A stretch of DNA of 63,926 nucleotides, filler included, from an uncultured Methanosarcinales archaeon (GTDB lineage Archaea > Nanobdellota > Nanobdellia > Woesearchaeales > CAZKBD01), in NCBI GenBank assembly GCA_964550945.1. It is 3 parts of 3 records of this genome, joined end to end, with 100 filler letters (N's around TTAATTAATTAA, not from the genome) between each part and the next. Parts side by side here need not be neighbours in the genome. Positions count along the whole stretch, not along the records: positions 25,896 to 51,280 come from CAZKBD010000019.1; 2 more parts are not named here. One strand, given 5' to 3'. A program made the position numbers and the translations under genes. Below the pieces are notes generated by a model, which was not told the origin of the DNA, made no database searches, and was given only the letters and a program-made list of their open reading frames with translations. The stretch's first letter is position 1. Each line of letters starts with the position of its first letter. This document shows positions 37,931 to 47,816 of this stretch, one piece after another.

Positions 37931-38982
37931 GCAAAATCCTATTAAAAGGAAATGAAGCAATGGCTGAAGCTGCTATTCAGGCTGGCTGCAGATTTTATGC
38001 AGGTTATCCTATAACTCCTCAAAATGAGGTTCCAGAATATATGTCAAAAAGAATGCCTGAAGTTAAAGGGATTTTTATCCAGGCAGAATCTGAATTATCT
38101 GCAATTAATATGGTGTTCGGAGCATCTGCGGTTGGCACTAGATGCATGACCTCTTCTTCTTCTCCTGGAATAAGCTTGAAGCAAGAAGGGATCAGCTATA
38201 TTGCTGCTGCAGAACTTCCTTGTATTATAGCCAATGTACAAAGAGGAGGCCCGGGATTAGGCAATATAAGGGCTTCTCAGGGAGATTATTTCCAAGCTGT
38301 TAAAGGAGGAGGCCATGGCGATTATAAATTGATAGTTCTGGCGCCTTCTACTGTACAGGAGACTTATGATCTAACAATGAATGCTTTTGATTATGCTGAC
38401 TATTACAGAAATCCTGTTATGATCTTGAGCGATGGAATTTTGGGGCAGATGGCTGAGCCAGTAGAGATAAAACAATACGAGCCAATACTAAAGATGCCAA
38501 AAAAAGAGTTTATTCTTGATGGCTGCAAGGGAAGGAAAGCAAGGGTCATCAAAACATTGTTATTAAGCCCTCCTGACTTGCTGATAAAACATAATATCCA
38601 TTTGAAAGAAAAGTATGGCAAGATAGAAAATGAGCTCAACTTAGCAGAAGAATACGAAACAGAAGATGCTGATTTGGTAATAGCTGCATATGGCATTACA
38701 GGAAGAATAGCAAAAGGTGCGGTTGATTTGGCTAGAGATAATGGGATGAAGGTTGGCTTGATAAGGCCGATAACATTGTGGCCATTTCCAAAAAAAGCGT
38801 TCATAAGGTTAGCAGACAAGGCAAAAAGGTTCCTTGTTGTTGAGATGTCAAACGGCCAATTTATCGAGGATGTTAAACTAGCGATTGAGTGCAAAAAACC
38901 AGTTGAATTTTTAGGCATAGGCGGCGGATGGTATCCTAGCATTGAAAATATATTTGAAAAGATCAAAGAGGTTTACAAATGA
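37927..38982 (+). CDS. 2-oxoacid:ferredoxin oxidoreductase alpha-type subunit (2-ketoisovalerate/VorB-like)
   Basis: [52 protein letters not shown]. Confidence 0.9.
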   Translation: MSKILLKGNEAMAEAAIQAGCRFYAGYPITPQNEVPEYMSKRMPEVKGIFIQAESELSAINMVFGASAVGTRCMTSSSSPGISLKQEGISYIAAAELPCIIANVQRGGPGLGNIRASQGDYFQAVKGGGHGDYKLIVLAPSTVQETYDLTMNAFDYADYYRNPVMILSDGILGQMAEPVEIKQYEPILKMPKKEFILDGCKGRKARVIKTLLLSPPDLLIKHNIHLKEKYGKIENELNLAEEYETEDADLVIAAYGITGRIAKGAVDLARDNGMKVGLIRPITLWPFPKKAFIRLADKAKRFLVVEMSNGQFIEDVKLAIECKKPVEFLGIGGGWYPSIENIFEKIKEVYK

Positions 38983-39701
38983 AAAGACCCCTAAGCCTTT
39001 ATGATATCCCTATGAGTTATTGCGCTGGCTGCGGCCATGGCATTGCTCACAGATTAGTTGCAGAAGTGATTGATGAATTAGGCATTAGAGAGAAAACAAT
39101 TGGAACTGCTCCTGTTGGCTGCGCTGTCTTGCTTTATAATTATTTTAATTGCGATATCATTGAATGCGCTCATGGCAGGATCCCTGCTGTTGCAACAGCT
39201 ATGAAGAGGATATTGCCAGACAGGATTATTTTTACTTATCAGGGAGATGGTGATTTGGCTGCGATTGGCACTAATGAAACAATACATGCTGCAAATCGTG
39301 GAGAAAATATAACTATAATCTTTATTAATAATGCGGTTTATGGAATGACTGGCGGCCAGATGGCTCCTACCACATTGATAGGCCAAAAAACAACCACAAC
39401 TCCTAATGGCAGAGGCAAAAATCAAGAAGGCCCTCCTCTTAAAGTTTGCGAGCTTTTATCTGCATTAGATGGTGTTGCTTATCTTGAAAGGGTTGCTGTA
39501 AGCACGCCGGCAGATGTTATCAAGGCAAAAAAAGCAATAAAAAAAGCTTTTGAAACTCAGTTAGCTGGAAAAGGGTTTTCTTTAGTTGAAGTGCTATCAA
39601 TGTGCCCAACAGACTGGAAACTAAGCCCTGAAAAGGCAGTTGATTTTGTCAATAAAGAGATGAAAAAGGTTTTTCCGCTTGGTGTGTTTAAGGACAAATA
39701 A
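38979..39701 (+). CDS. 2-oxoacid:ferredoxin oxidoreductase TPP-binding beta subunit
   Basis: [20 protein letters not shown]...NN..YGMTGGQ, CPT.W. Confidence 0.92.
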   Translation: MKRPLSLYDIPMSYCAGCGHGIAHRLVAEVIDELGIREKTIGTAPVGCAVLLYNYFNCDIIECAHGRIPAVATAMKRILPDRIIFTYQGDGDLAAIGTNETIHAANRGENITIIFINNAVYGMTGGQMAPTTLIGQKTTTTPNGRGKNQEGPPLKVCELLSALDGVAYLERVAVSTPADVIKAKKAIKKAFETQLAGKGFSLVEVLSMCPTDWKLSPEKAVDFVNKEMKKVFPLGVFKDK

Positions 39702-39702
39702 A

Positions 39703-40239
39703 ATGCAAAGAAAAATAATAATTGCCGGTTTTGGAGGCCAAGGAGTTGTATTAGCTGGAAATATATTGGCAAGAGCCTGTATTTATGAGAACAAACATGT
39801 AACGGCAATGGTGTCTTATGGAGTTGAGATGAGGGGAGGAACAGCTAATACGTCTATAGTAATCTCAGATAAGGCTATCGCAAGCCCGGTTGTTGAGAAT
39901 CCGGATATCGCCATAATACTGAATCAAAACTCACTAGACAAATTTGAAGAAACAATAGCAAAAAACGGCCTTTTGGTATTGAACTCTTCATTAATAATCA
40001 GAAACCCAAAAAGAGCTGATTTGGATATTGTGAGCATTAATGCAACTGAAGCTGCAGATGAGCTTGGAAATACTAAAATTGCGAATATAATAGCCCTTGG
40101 AGCATTTATCAGAAAAACAAACCTGCTAAGAATGGAAAACATTGAAAAAGCCATTGAAGAGATATTTTCAGAGAAAAAACAAGAGCTTATTGAATTAAAT
40201 AAAAAAGCATTGCAAAAAGGTGCTGAGCTATGTTCATAA
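39703..40239 (+). CDS. 2-oxoacid:ferredoxin oxidoreductase gamma subunit
   Basis: AGFGGQG, SYGVEMRGGTA, NIIALGA. Confidence 0.92.
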   Translation: MQRKIIIAGFGGQGVVLAGNILARACIYENKHVTAMVSYGVEMRGGTANTSIVISDKAIASPVVENPDIAIILNQNSLDKFEETIAKNGLLVLNSSLIIRNPKRADLDIVSINATEAADELGNTKIANIIALGAFIRKTNLLRMENIEKAIEEIFSEKKQELIELNKKALQKGAELCS

Positions 40240-41363
40240 AAGGGGTTGGCTGCATACCATATAGGATCCACAGCAGGAATTCTCAGCTTTTAGCATATAG
40301 CGCTATTTCAGATGCCTTAAGCGATGCAGACATTTCAATAAGCAAGATAGATGCAATAGTTTGCTCAACTCTGGAATGGTTTTACACAGGCGAGTTTCAA
40401 AGGCATTTTGCATCTGTGCTCTCAGGCATATTGAAAACAAATATCCCTATAATAACTGTTCCTGCTGCATGCGCTGGCGGTGGAACAGCTTTGTGGACTG
40501 CAAACAGGCTTGGTTTTGATAATGTGCTGGTTGTTGGTGTTGAGAAATTGCATGGCCATACTGCAAACAGCCAGAAGATAACCCAGGAATTTGGAATGGC
40601 AGCAGAATCAAAATGGGAGCAGCCTGAAGGCATTAATTTTCCTGGGGAAAACGCTTTAGTGGCGCAGGCATATCTGGAAAAATTTCCAGAAACAACAATG
40701 GATGACTTAGCATTAATCGCATTCAAGAATCATGAAAATGCTTATCTTAATCCTCATGCTTATTTCTATCAAAAAAAAGTTAGCTTAGAAGAGATAAAGA
40801 CTTCGCCCGTGGTCACCTCTCCTTTGAGAGTATTTGACTGCAGTATCAGTGTTGATGGCGCAACTGCTGTAGTCATAACAAAAGATAAGACCGACGTTGA
40901 GATTGCTGCTTCTTCAAGCTGCGCAGATTATCTGCCTCCATTTGAAAGAGATGATTTAACTGCATGGGATGGAACGATTATAACATCCACTGAGGTTTTT
41001 GAACAAGCTGGCCTTGAAAGAAGCGATATAGATTTTGCAGAGGTGCATGATGCTTTTACAATTGTTGAGCTGATGGCATATGAAGATATTGGCTTTTGCA
41101 GAAAAGGAGAAGCATATAAGGCGGTTAGAGATGGCGTTTTCAATATTGATGGAAAGCTGCCTATTAATGTGTCTGGCGGACTTAAGGCAAAGGGCCATCC
41201 TGTTTCAGCGACTGGACTGGGCATGGTCTATGAGATTGTAAAGCAGATGAGAAAAGAAGCAGGCGATAGGCAGCTTACAAAAACAAGAAATGCGCTAGTG
41301 CATAATATTGGCGGCGCTGGCGGCACAACAACAATGAATATACTTAGAAAAGTTAACTACTGA
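40230..41363 (+). CDS. Thiolase, archaeal/SCP2-like type, copy 2
   Basis: PAACAGG, GVEK, EVHDAF, SGGLKAKGHPVSATG, HNIGG. Confidence 0.9.
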   Translation: MFIKGVGCIPYRIHSRNSQLLAYSAISDALSDADISISKIDAIVCSTLEWFYTGEFQRHFASVLSGILKTNIPIITVPAACAGGGTALWTANRLGFDNVLVVGVEKLHGHTANSQKITQEFGMAAESKWEQPEGINFPGENALVAQAYLEKFPETTMDDLALIAFKNHENAYLNPHAYFYQKKVSLEEIKTSPVVTSPLRVFDCSISVDGATAVVITKDKTDVEIAASSSCADYLPPFERDDLTAWDGTIITSTEVFEQAGLERSDIDFAEVHDAFTIVELMAYEDIGFCRKGEAYKAVRDGVFNIDGKLPINVSGGLKAKGHPVSATGLGMVYEIVKQMRKEAGDRQLTKTRNALVHNIGGAGGTTTMNILRKVNY

Positions 41364-43075
41364 TTTGTTCTTTGTTTCTTAAAAAAATGTTCTAACCTTG
41401 ACTTATAATCGCTCTGGTTGTATAGCTTATACCATCTACTGGCTATCCTTCCGCCCCCTGTCTTAATCGCAAGATTTCTCCACTTTCTTTTTATATCCCT
41501 CCATGCGCTTAATAATGGCGTATAAAATAGGTTCCTTATCTCGTCTGATGGCACATCCATAAAACTTTGATTCCTGAGCCTGCTAAATGTATTTTTAACA
41601 AACATTTTTGAATAAAAAATACTAAATTGTAATGGAAAGCCTAAGGTGCCATTCCATAACCAGTTGATCCAGTTACCGTAGTTTATACTGCTCTCAATGA
41701 AATTTCCTAAGTAAACCCTTTTCATAAGAAGGGTTGGAAGTTTTTGAAGCTCGTAAGGGTCTATGTCCTCTGGCTTGGGGTTGTAACAAAGCCACAATCC
41801 ATCATATTTATCCCAATTAACCATCTCTAATGGAAGCAATCGATTTTCTTTTTCCAGCTTCTCTCTTAACACAGAGCCTGGCAAAGGCAGCGTTTTCATT
41901 ATCTGGAAGCTGTCAATTTTCGCTCTTTTGATAAATCGCATATATGTTTTTGCCTTTTGTTTAAGTGTAAGAGCTGATTTGTATTTGGAATCGCTAAATG
42001 AGGGGTATCCAAATATAAACATGCCGTGGATATAGAATAGCTTTGATAATTTTCTTGATCTCCTTTCTAATAACTCTGCTGTCACTCCTTTTCTCATTGA
42101 TTTAAGCTCTTCATTTATTGGGCTTTCATAGCCTATGCAAAGAGATTTTACTCCTGCATATTTCATAGCTTCCAATAGCTCGTCGTTTTCAGCTATCTCT
42201 GTCCTTACTTGCACATTTAAGCGGATTTTCTTCTTAAACTGCCGTTTATGGTCTCCAATCATTCTACAAAGGTTTATTGTGTCCTGGATGTCCTGGGCAA
42301 AATTATCATCTGTAAAAAAGAATTCTTTGTATCCAAGGTCGCTGTATTTTATGATGTTTTCTACAACCTTATAAGGGGACATGGATTTATAGCTGCCATA
42401 TAAGTCATGCACTACACAGAACTCGCAGTTAAAATTGCAGCCTCTTCCTCTACTGATTGGAATATGCGTGAATTTCTTGTTTAGATGCCGGACTATTGTT
42501 AAATCAGGCGATTCAAACAAATTTAGGTTATTTATGGGCTCTCTTCTGCCTGTGAAAACATATTCGCCTTTCTCATTAATGAAGCTTATCCCTGGTATAT
42601 TATCAAGAGGGTTTCCTTCTAGCATAGCCTCTACAACTTCTTTCGCGGTTTCTTCTCCCTCTCCATGAACAACTATGTCAACTCCTTTACTTAGCGCTTC
42701 TTTTGGCAGGGCATCTACATGGCTGCCTCCTGCTACAACTATGCTGCCAAATTTCTTGTAGGTTTGCGCTATTGAATACATCCTAAGTATTGAACTTGAC
42801 ATGCCCCCATATAAGAACGCAAATTTTGCCGGCTTTTGCCTTTGCAAAAATTCATGGTCAGGCATTCCAATAAAATCTAATGGCCCCCGGTAGTTGTTTT
42901 CATCTATGCAATAGCTATCATATTTCTTATCTATCTTAAGGTTTGTAAGAACAGACAATATTCCAACTGGAGGCATTACAACCCAAGAAAATATGTTATT
43001 TTTGGTATGCTGGGGATATTGAGGAATCACGCCAATAATAGTTGTGCTTGGTATTCCAGAATCCTTAAAGCTCAT
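41357..43075 (-). CDS. Cobalamin-binding radical SAM enzyme with extended C-terminus
   Basis: AGGSH, VHGEGE, RGCNFNCEFC, FTDDNF, PLPGS, W..YDG; likely start MSFKDSG at 43075. Confidence 0.88.
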   Translation of the reverse strand: MSFKDSGIPSTTIIGVIPQYPQHTKNNIFSWVVMPPVGILSVLTNLKIDKKYDSYCIDENNYRGPLDFIGMPDHEFLQRQKPAKFAFLYGGMSSSILRMYSIAQTYKKFGSIVVAGGSHVDALPKEALSKGVDIVVHGEGEETAKEVVEAMLEGNPLDNIPGISFINEKGEYVFTGRREPINNLNLFESPDLTIVRHLNKKFTHIPISRGRGCNFNCEFCVVHDLYGSYKSMSPYKVVENIIKYSDLGYKEFFFTDDNFAQDIQDTINLCRMIGDHKRQFKKKIRLNVQVRTEIAENDELLEAMKYAGVKSLCIGYESPINEELKSMRKGVTAELLERRSRKLSKLFYIHGMFIFGYPSFSDSKYKSALTLKQKAKTYMRFIKRAKIDSFQIMKTLPLPGSVLREKLEKENRLLPLEMVNWDKYDGLWLCYNPKPEDIDPYELQKLPTLLMKRVYLGNFIESSINYGNWINWLWNGTLGFPLQFSIFYSKMFVKNTFSRLRNQSFMDVPSDEIRNLFYTPLLSAWRDIKRKWRNLAIKTGGGRIASRWYKLYNQSDYKSRLEHFFKKQRTNQ

Positions 43076-43214
43076 TATTGCTAATATAATACTGTTAGTT
43101 ATATAAGCTTTATGATTCATTTGCCTTAATCTAACTATCAAAAGAAGGGCCAATTTTGTAGAAAGTTTTAAAAAAAGCCAGTGTTTCTTGCTTATAATAA
43201 GGGGGTTGAATATT

Positions 43215-43967
43215 ATGAATAACACGAAAGATATGGGTGGGAAAGTTGCATTAATAACAGGCGCTTCTCAAGGCATTGGGAAGGCTATTGCCATTGCATT
43301 GGCAAAAGAAGGAGCCAGCATAATCATTAATGACATAGCGCCAGCAAAAGAGCAGGCAGAGAAATTTGCTGAGGAAATAAAATCAATGGGTGTTGGGTCA
43401 ATTGTTATTCTTGGAGATGTCTCAAAATTCGAAGACTGCAAAAAGATGGCTGAAGAAGCGCAGGCAAAATTCCAAAAAGTTGACATTTTGGTCAATAATG
43501 CAGGAATCACAAAAGACCGGACATTAAAAAAGATGACTCCAGAGGAATGGAACGCTGTGATAAACATAAATCTTACAGGAGTTTATAATGTAACTCATAG
43601 CATTCTGCCATTGATTCCAGAAGGCGGAAGGATTATAAGCCTATCCTCTATTGTAGGGATTGGTGGAAATTTCGGCCAGTGCAATTATTCAGCAACAAAA
43701 GCAGGGATCATTGGCCTGACAAAATCCTTGGCAAGAGAAGTTGGAAAAAACAAGATAACAGTTAATGCAATAGCTCCTGGATTCATTAAAAGCAAAATGA
43801 CAGACCAGATACCTTTAATCATGTTAGACAAAATACTGGAAGCAATACCTATGCAGGAAATGGGAACCCCAGAAGATATTGCTAATCTGGCTGTTTTCCT
43901 TGCTTCAGACAAAGCAAAGTACATATCAGGTCAGGTTATAAGGGTTGATGGGGGGATTATTATATAA
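43215..43967 (+). CDS. fabG: 3-oxoacyl reductase (FabG/PhaB-type SDR)
   Basis: TGASQGIG, NNAGITKD, GNFGQ.NYSATKAG, VNAIAPGFI, VDGG. Confidence 0.92.
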   Translation: MNNTKDMGGKVALITGASQGIGKAIAIALAKEGASIIINDIAPAKEQAEKFAEEIKSMGVGSIVILGDVSKFEDCKKMAEEAQAKFQKVDILVNNAGITKDRTLKKMTPEEWNAVININLTGVYNVTHSILPLIPEGGRIISLSSIVGIGGNFGQCNYSATKAGIIGLTKSLAREVGKNKITVNAIAPGFIKSKMTDQIPLIMLDKILEAIPMQEMGTPEDIANLAVFLASDKAKYISGQVIRVDGGIII

Positions 43968-44043
43968 TGTTATTTGCGTTATATAACGGTATTTTACAAT
44001 AAATCTTATAAATGGCTATAAGATTCTAAAATAGGGGGGCATT

Positions 44044-45201
44044 ATGGATTTTAACTTCACACCAAAGCAATTGATGATAAAGAGAATGATTACTGAATTT
44101 GCTAATAAAGAGATAGTTCCATTTGCCGCAGATATAGATCATGAGGAGATATTTCCAGAAACACAGATAAAAAAGCTCGCAAAACTAGGCGTTATGGGTA
44201 TGTCTATTCCCCAAAAATATGGTGGAGCTGAGCTTGATAATATTTCTCAGACAATAATAATGGAAGAGGTAAGCAGGGCATGCGCTTCAACATCTGTAAC
44301 AATGGGAGCCCATACTTCTCTTTGCTGTTATCCTATTGTAAATAATGGCACTGACGAGCAAAAAGAAAGGTTTTTGCCAAAACTAGCTTCAGGCGAATAT
44401 TTAGGAGCGTTTGCATTAACAGAGCCAGCTGCTGGCTCAGATGCAGTCAATGTCCAGACAACTGCAATGAGAGACGGAGATGAATACATAATAAATGGGA
44501 ATAAGATCTTTATCACAAATGGCGGAAAGGCTGACCTCATCAATATTGTGGCAACAACTGATAAGAGCGCAAAGCATAACGGCCTTAGCGTATTTGCAAT
44601 CGAAACAAAAAAAGCCCGGGGATTCAGCCTGGGAAAGAAAGAAGACAAGCTTGGTCTAAGGGGTTCCAACACCCAAGAGCTTGTTTTCCAGGATATGAGA
44701 GTTCCAAAAGAGAATCTGATAGGTGGTGAAGAAGGTGAAGGGTTTAAGATTGCAATGGGCGTATTCAATTCTGGAAGAATAGGAATAGGCGTTCAAGGAG
44801 TTGGAATTGCGCAGGCAGCATTGGACGAATGCATAAAATATGTTAAAGAACGCGAACAGTTTGGAAGAAAGCTGTTCAAGTTCCAGGCAATAAGCTTTAT
44901 GCTTGCAGAGATGGCAACAAAGATAGATGCAGCGCGTTTGCTTTGCTTAAAAGCTGCTCATGTAAAAGACCAGAAAAAGAATTATATAAAAGCTGCTGCA
45001 ATGGCAAAGCTTTATGGCTCAGACGTTGCAATGGAAGTTACAAGAAAAGCAATACAGATACATGGCGGCTATGGATTTATCAAAGACTATCCCCTAGAAA
45101 GATTCTATCGTGATGCCAAGATAACTGAAATATATGAGGGAACATCTGAGATACAAAAGCTGATTATAGGAAATGAGCTTTTGGGAAAAGGAATAGAATG
45201 A
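44044..45201 (+). CDS. Acyl-CoA dehydrogenase (butyryl-CoA dehydrogenase-like)
   Basis: FALTEP.AGSD, NG.KIFITNG, KLG.RGS.T, REQFG, QIHGGYG, IYEGTSEIQ. Confidence 0.95.
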   Translation: MDFNFTPKQLMIKRMITEFANKEIVPFAADIDHEEIFPETQIKKLAKLGVMGMSIPQKYGGAELDNISQTIIMEEVSRACASTSVTMGAHTSLCCYPIVNNGTDEQKERFLPKLASGEYLGAFALTEPAAGSDAVNVQTTAMRDGDEYIINGNKIFITNGGKADLINIVATTDKSAKHNGLSVFAIETKKARGFSLGKKEDKLGLRGSNTQELVFQDMRVPKENLIGGEEGEGFKIAMGVFNSGRIGIGVQGVGIAQAALDECIKYVKEREQFGRKLFKFQAISFMLAEMATKIDAARLLCLKAAHVKDQKKNYIKAAAMAKLYGSDVAMEVTRKAIQIHGGYGFIKDYPLERFYRDAKITEIYEGTSEIQKLIIGNELLGKGIE

Positions 45202-45998
45202 ACATTGTCGTTTGCATCAAGCAGGTGCCAGACACAACAGAAGTGAAGATAGACCAGAAAACAGGCCGCTTAATAAGAGAGGGTGTTCCATCTATAATAA
45301 ATCCTGAAGACAAAAATGCATTGGAAGAAGCATTACGAATAAAAGAAAAGATTAATTCTCAGGTTACTGTGGTCACAATGGGCCCTCCACAAGCAGAAGA
45401 TGCTTTAAGAGAAGCACTTGCAATGGGAGCTGATGAAGGCATTCTACTTTGCGATTTCAAGTTTGCAGGCTCTGATACCTGGGCAACTGCAAATGCGCTA
45501 AAAGCAGGCATTAAACAGATCGGAAAATATGATTTGATACTTTGCGGAAGGCAGGCAATTGATGGTGATACTGCTCAAGTTGGCCCGCAATTGGCTGAAG
45601 CGCTGCAAATACCCCAGATAACTTATGCTCAAAAGATAGAGATAGACAAGATCAACAATAAAAAAGTAAAGGTAGAAAGGGAGATGGAAGATGGCTATGA
45701 AATAATCGAGTCTAGTCTTCCTGTGCTTGTAACATGCACCCATAGCATAAATCATCCCAGGTATCCTTCTCTAAACGGGATTGATAATTCATTTAAGGCA
45801 GAGATAAAAAAGTGGACAGCAGCAGACATAAATGCAGTTGACTCTGAGATAGGCATTAACTCCAGCCCAACAAAGGTAAAGAAAACATTTAGCCCGCAGG
45901 CAAAAGGCCAGGGAGTTATTTTAAATGGCAGCATAAAAGAGATGGCACATGAGCTGATTGAAAAGCTGAAAGAAAAGGAAATAATCCAAAAATTCTAA
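45198..45998 (+). CDS. etfB: Electron transfer flavoprotein beta subunit
   Basis: VCIKQVPDT, REGVPSIINP.D, GSDTWAT, GRQAIDGDTAQVGP. Confidence 0.95.
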   Translation: MNIVVCIKQVPDTTEVKIDQKTGRLIREGVPSIINPEDKNALEEALRIKEKINSQVTVVTMGPPQAEDALREALAMGADEGILLCDFKFAGSDTWATANALKAGIKQIGKYDLILCGRQAIDGDTAQVGPQLAEALQIPQITYAQKIEIDKINNKKVKVEREMEDGYEIIESSLPVLVTCTHSINHPRYPSLNGIDNSFKAEIKKWTAADINAVDSEIGINSSPTKVKKTFSPQAKGQGVILNGSIKEMAHELIEKLKEKEIIQKF

Positions 45999-45999
45999 A

Positions 46000-47165
46000 A
46001 TGGCCAAGATCAAGCTAAAAGACAATTATCCTGGATTTTCAATGATAATAGATGGAATCACATTAAACAAAGGAGACGATTTTGCAGAAGTCAATGAAAG
46101 CTTGGAACTTCAAAATGCGATTGACAGCGATTATGTTGAAGCCTATGAAGAAAAAAAAGAGATTAAAGAGGAGAAGGTTAAAGATGGTGAAGAAGTCTGG
46201 ATTTTTGCAGAGCAGCGAAATAATAACCTATCAAGAGTTGTATTTGAATTATTGGGAAAAGCGCAAGAGCTTGCAAACAAATTGAATGTAAAGGTTGCTG
46301 CTATATTGGCTTGCGAATCAGACAGCGGCCTTTCAAAATCTCTAGCAGAGTATGGCGCTGATAAAGTATACTTAATTGAGAGCAGGCTCCTTAAGGATTA
46401 TACTACGGGATTATATGCTAAGGTAATATCTGAACTGATAAATAAAGAGGAGCCCCAGATAATGGTCTATGGCGCTACAAATATTGGGAGGGATTTGGCC
46501 CAAGAGTTGCCCAAAGGATAACAACCGGCCTTACTGCTGATTGCACTGGCCTGGACATAGATGAAGACGGCTTGCTTTTGCAGACAAGGCCTGCTTTTGG
46601 GGGTAATATAATGGCTCAGATAAAATGTCCGAACCATAAGCCTCAGATGTCAACTGCCAGGCCGGGAGTTTTCAAGATAGCTAAGCCGAACACAAAAAGG
46701 GAAGCAGAGATAATCCGGATAAAGCCGAACTTAACTGAAAATGACTCTCTAACAACGATAATTGAGATAATAAAATCCAAAAAGAAAAAAGTAAATCTTG
46801 AGGAAGCTAAAATAATTATCTCCGGCGGAAGAGGGTTGTGCAATAAGGAAAATTTTAATCTTATAGAGGAGCTTGCATCACTGATAGGGGCAGAAGTAGG
46901 TGCTTCAAGGGCAGTTGTTGATGCAGGATGGATTGCAAAAGACCACCAGGTTGGCCAGACAGGGAAAACAGTAAGGCCAAAGCTCTACATTGCATGCGGG
47001 ATATCTGGAGCAATACAACATAGGGCAGGAATGCAAAACTCGGATATGATAATCGCCATAAACAAAGATCCAAATGCAATGATATTTAGTGCAGCTGATT
47101 ACGGGATTGTTGCTGATGTAAATCAATTCCTGCCAGCGCTGATAAAAGAGCTAAAAGGTGAATAA
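46000..47165 (+). pseudogene. etfA: Electron transfer flavoprotein alpha subunit, split by a 1-nt frameshift near 46500 (real lesion or sequencing error)
   Basis: ORF1 ends ...[11 protein letters not shown]; adding one C to the run GGCCCAAGA restores [21 protein letters not shown], joining QTRPAFGG...SGGRG...GASR...QVGQTG...GISGAIQH. Confidence 0.85.
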
Positions 47166-47815
47166 TGATATACCTAGGTATTAGACTGACATTAGCTCCA
47201 TTTGTTAATCTGTGGGTAAGAAATATTTCTGGATTAGAAAACCTAAAAAAAGAAGATTCTTTCATATTTGCCTGCAATCATGGGAGTTTTGCAGAAGACT
47301 TGATATTGCCATGCAATATCATCCCTTATATCAATAAATCTGTACATATCTACTGCAATGATAGGTTCTATAAGCATTATCCCATAAGAAAATTTTTAGA
47401 GTATGGAAGATGCATTCCAATAAGGGTGGGAGAGAAAAGTGAAGAGGCAAAAAGAGTTAATGAAGGGGCATTTAATCTGGCGCTAGGTTATTTAAAAAAT
47501 AAAGAGCCCATAGGCATTTTTCCAGAAGGCCACAGAAGCCATGACGGCAGCATTATAGAAGCTAGAACCGGCATTGCAAAATTGGCTTTGACTGCCAAAG
47601 TTCCTGTCATTCCAATAGGAGCAATAGGCACTTATGAGATTTTGCCGAAAGGCTCAAAATTTCCTAAATTTAAAAGATGCGATATAAATATTGGAGGCCC
47701 CATCTACCTAGACAAGTACTTCGGAAAGGAGAATGACAAAAAGATTTTAAAAGACGTAACTGTTATTATCATGAAAGAGATAGCAAAATTAGCTAAGAAA
47801 GAGTATAACTATTAA
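47165..47815 (+). CDS. PlsC-family (lyso)phospholipid/glycerol-phosphate acyltransferase, copy 1
   Basis: NHGSFAED (variant of HxxxxD), IFPEGHRS, TG.A.LA...KVPVIP. Confidence 0.85.
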   Translation: MIYLGIRLTLAPFVNLWVRNISGLENLKKEDSFIFACNHGSFAEDLILPCNIIPYINKSVHIYCNDRFYKHYPIRKFLEYGRCIPIRVGEKSEEAKRVNEGAFNLALGYLKNKEPIGIFPEGHRSHDGSIIEARTGIAKLALTAKVPVIPIGAIGTYEILPKGSKFPKFKRCDINIGGPIYLDKYFGKENDKKILKDVTVIIMKEIAKLAKKEYNY

Positions 47816-47816
47816 A

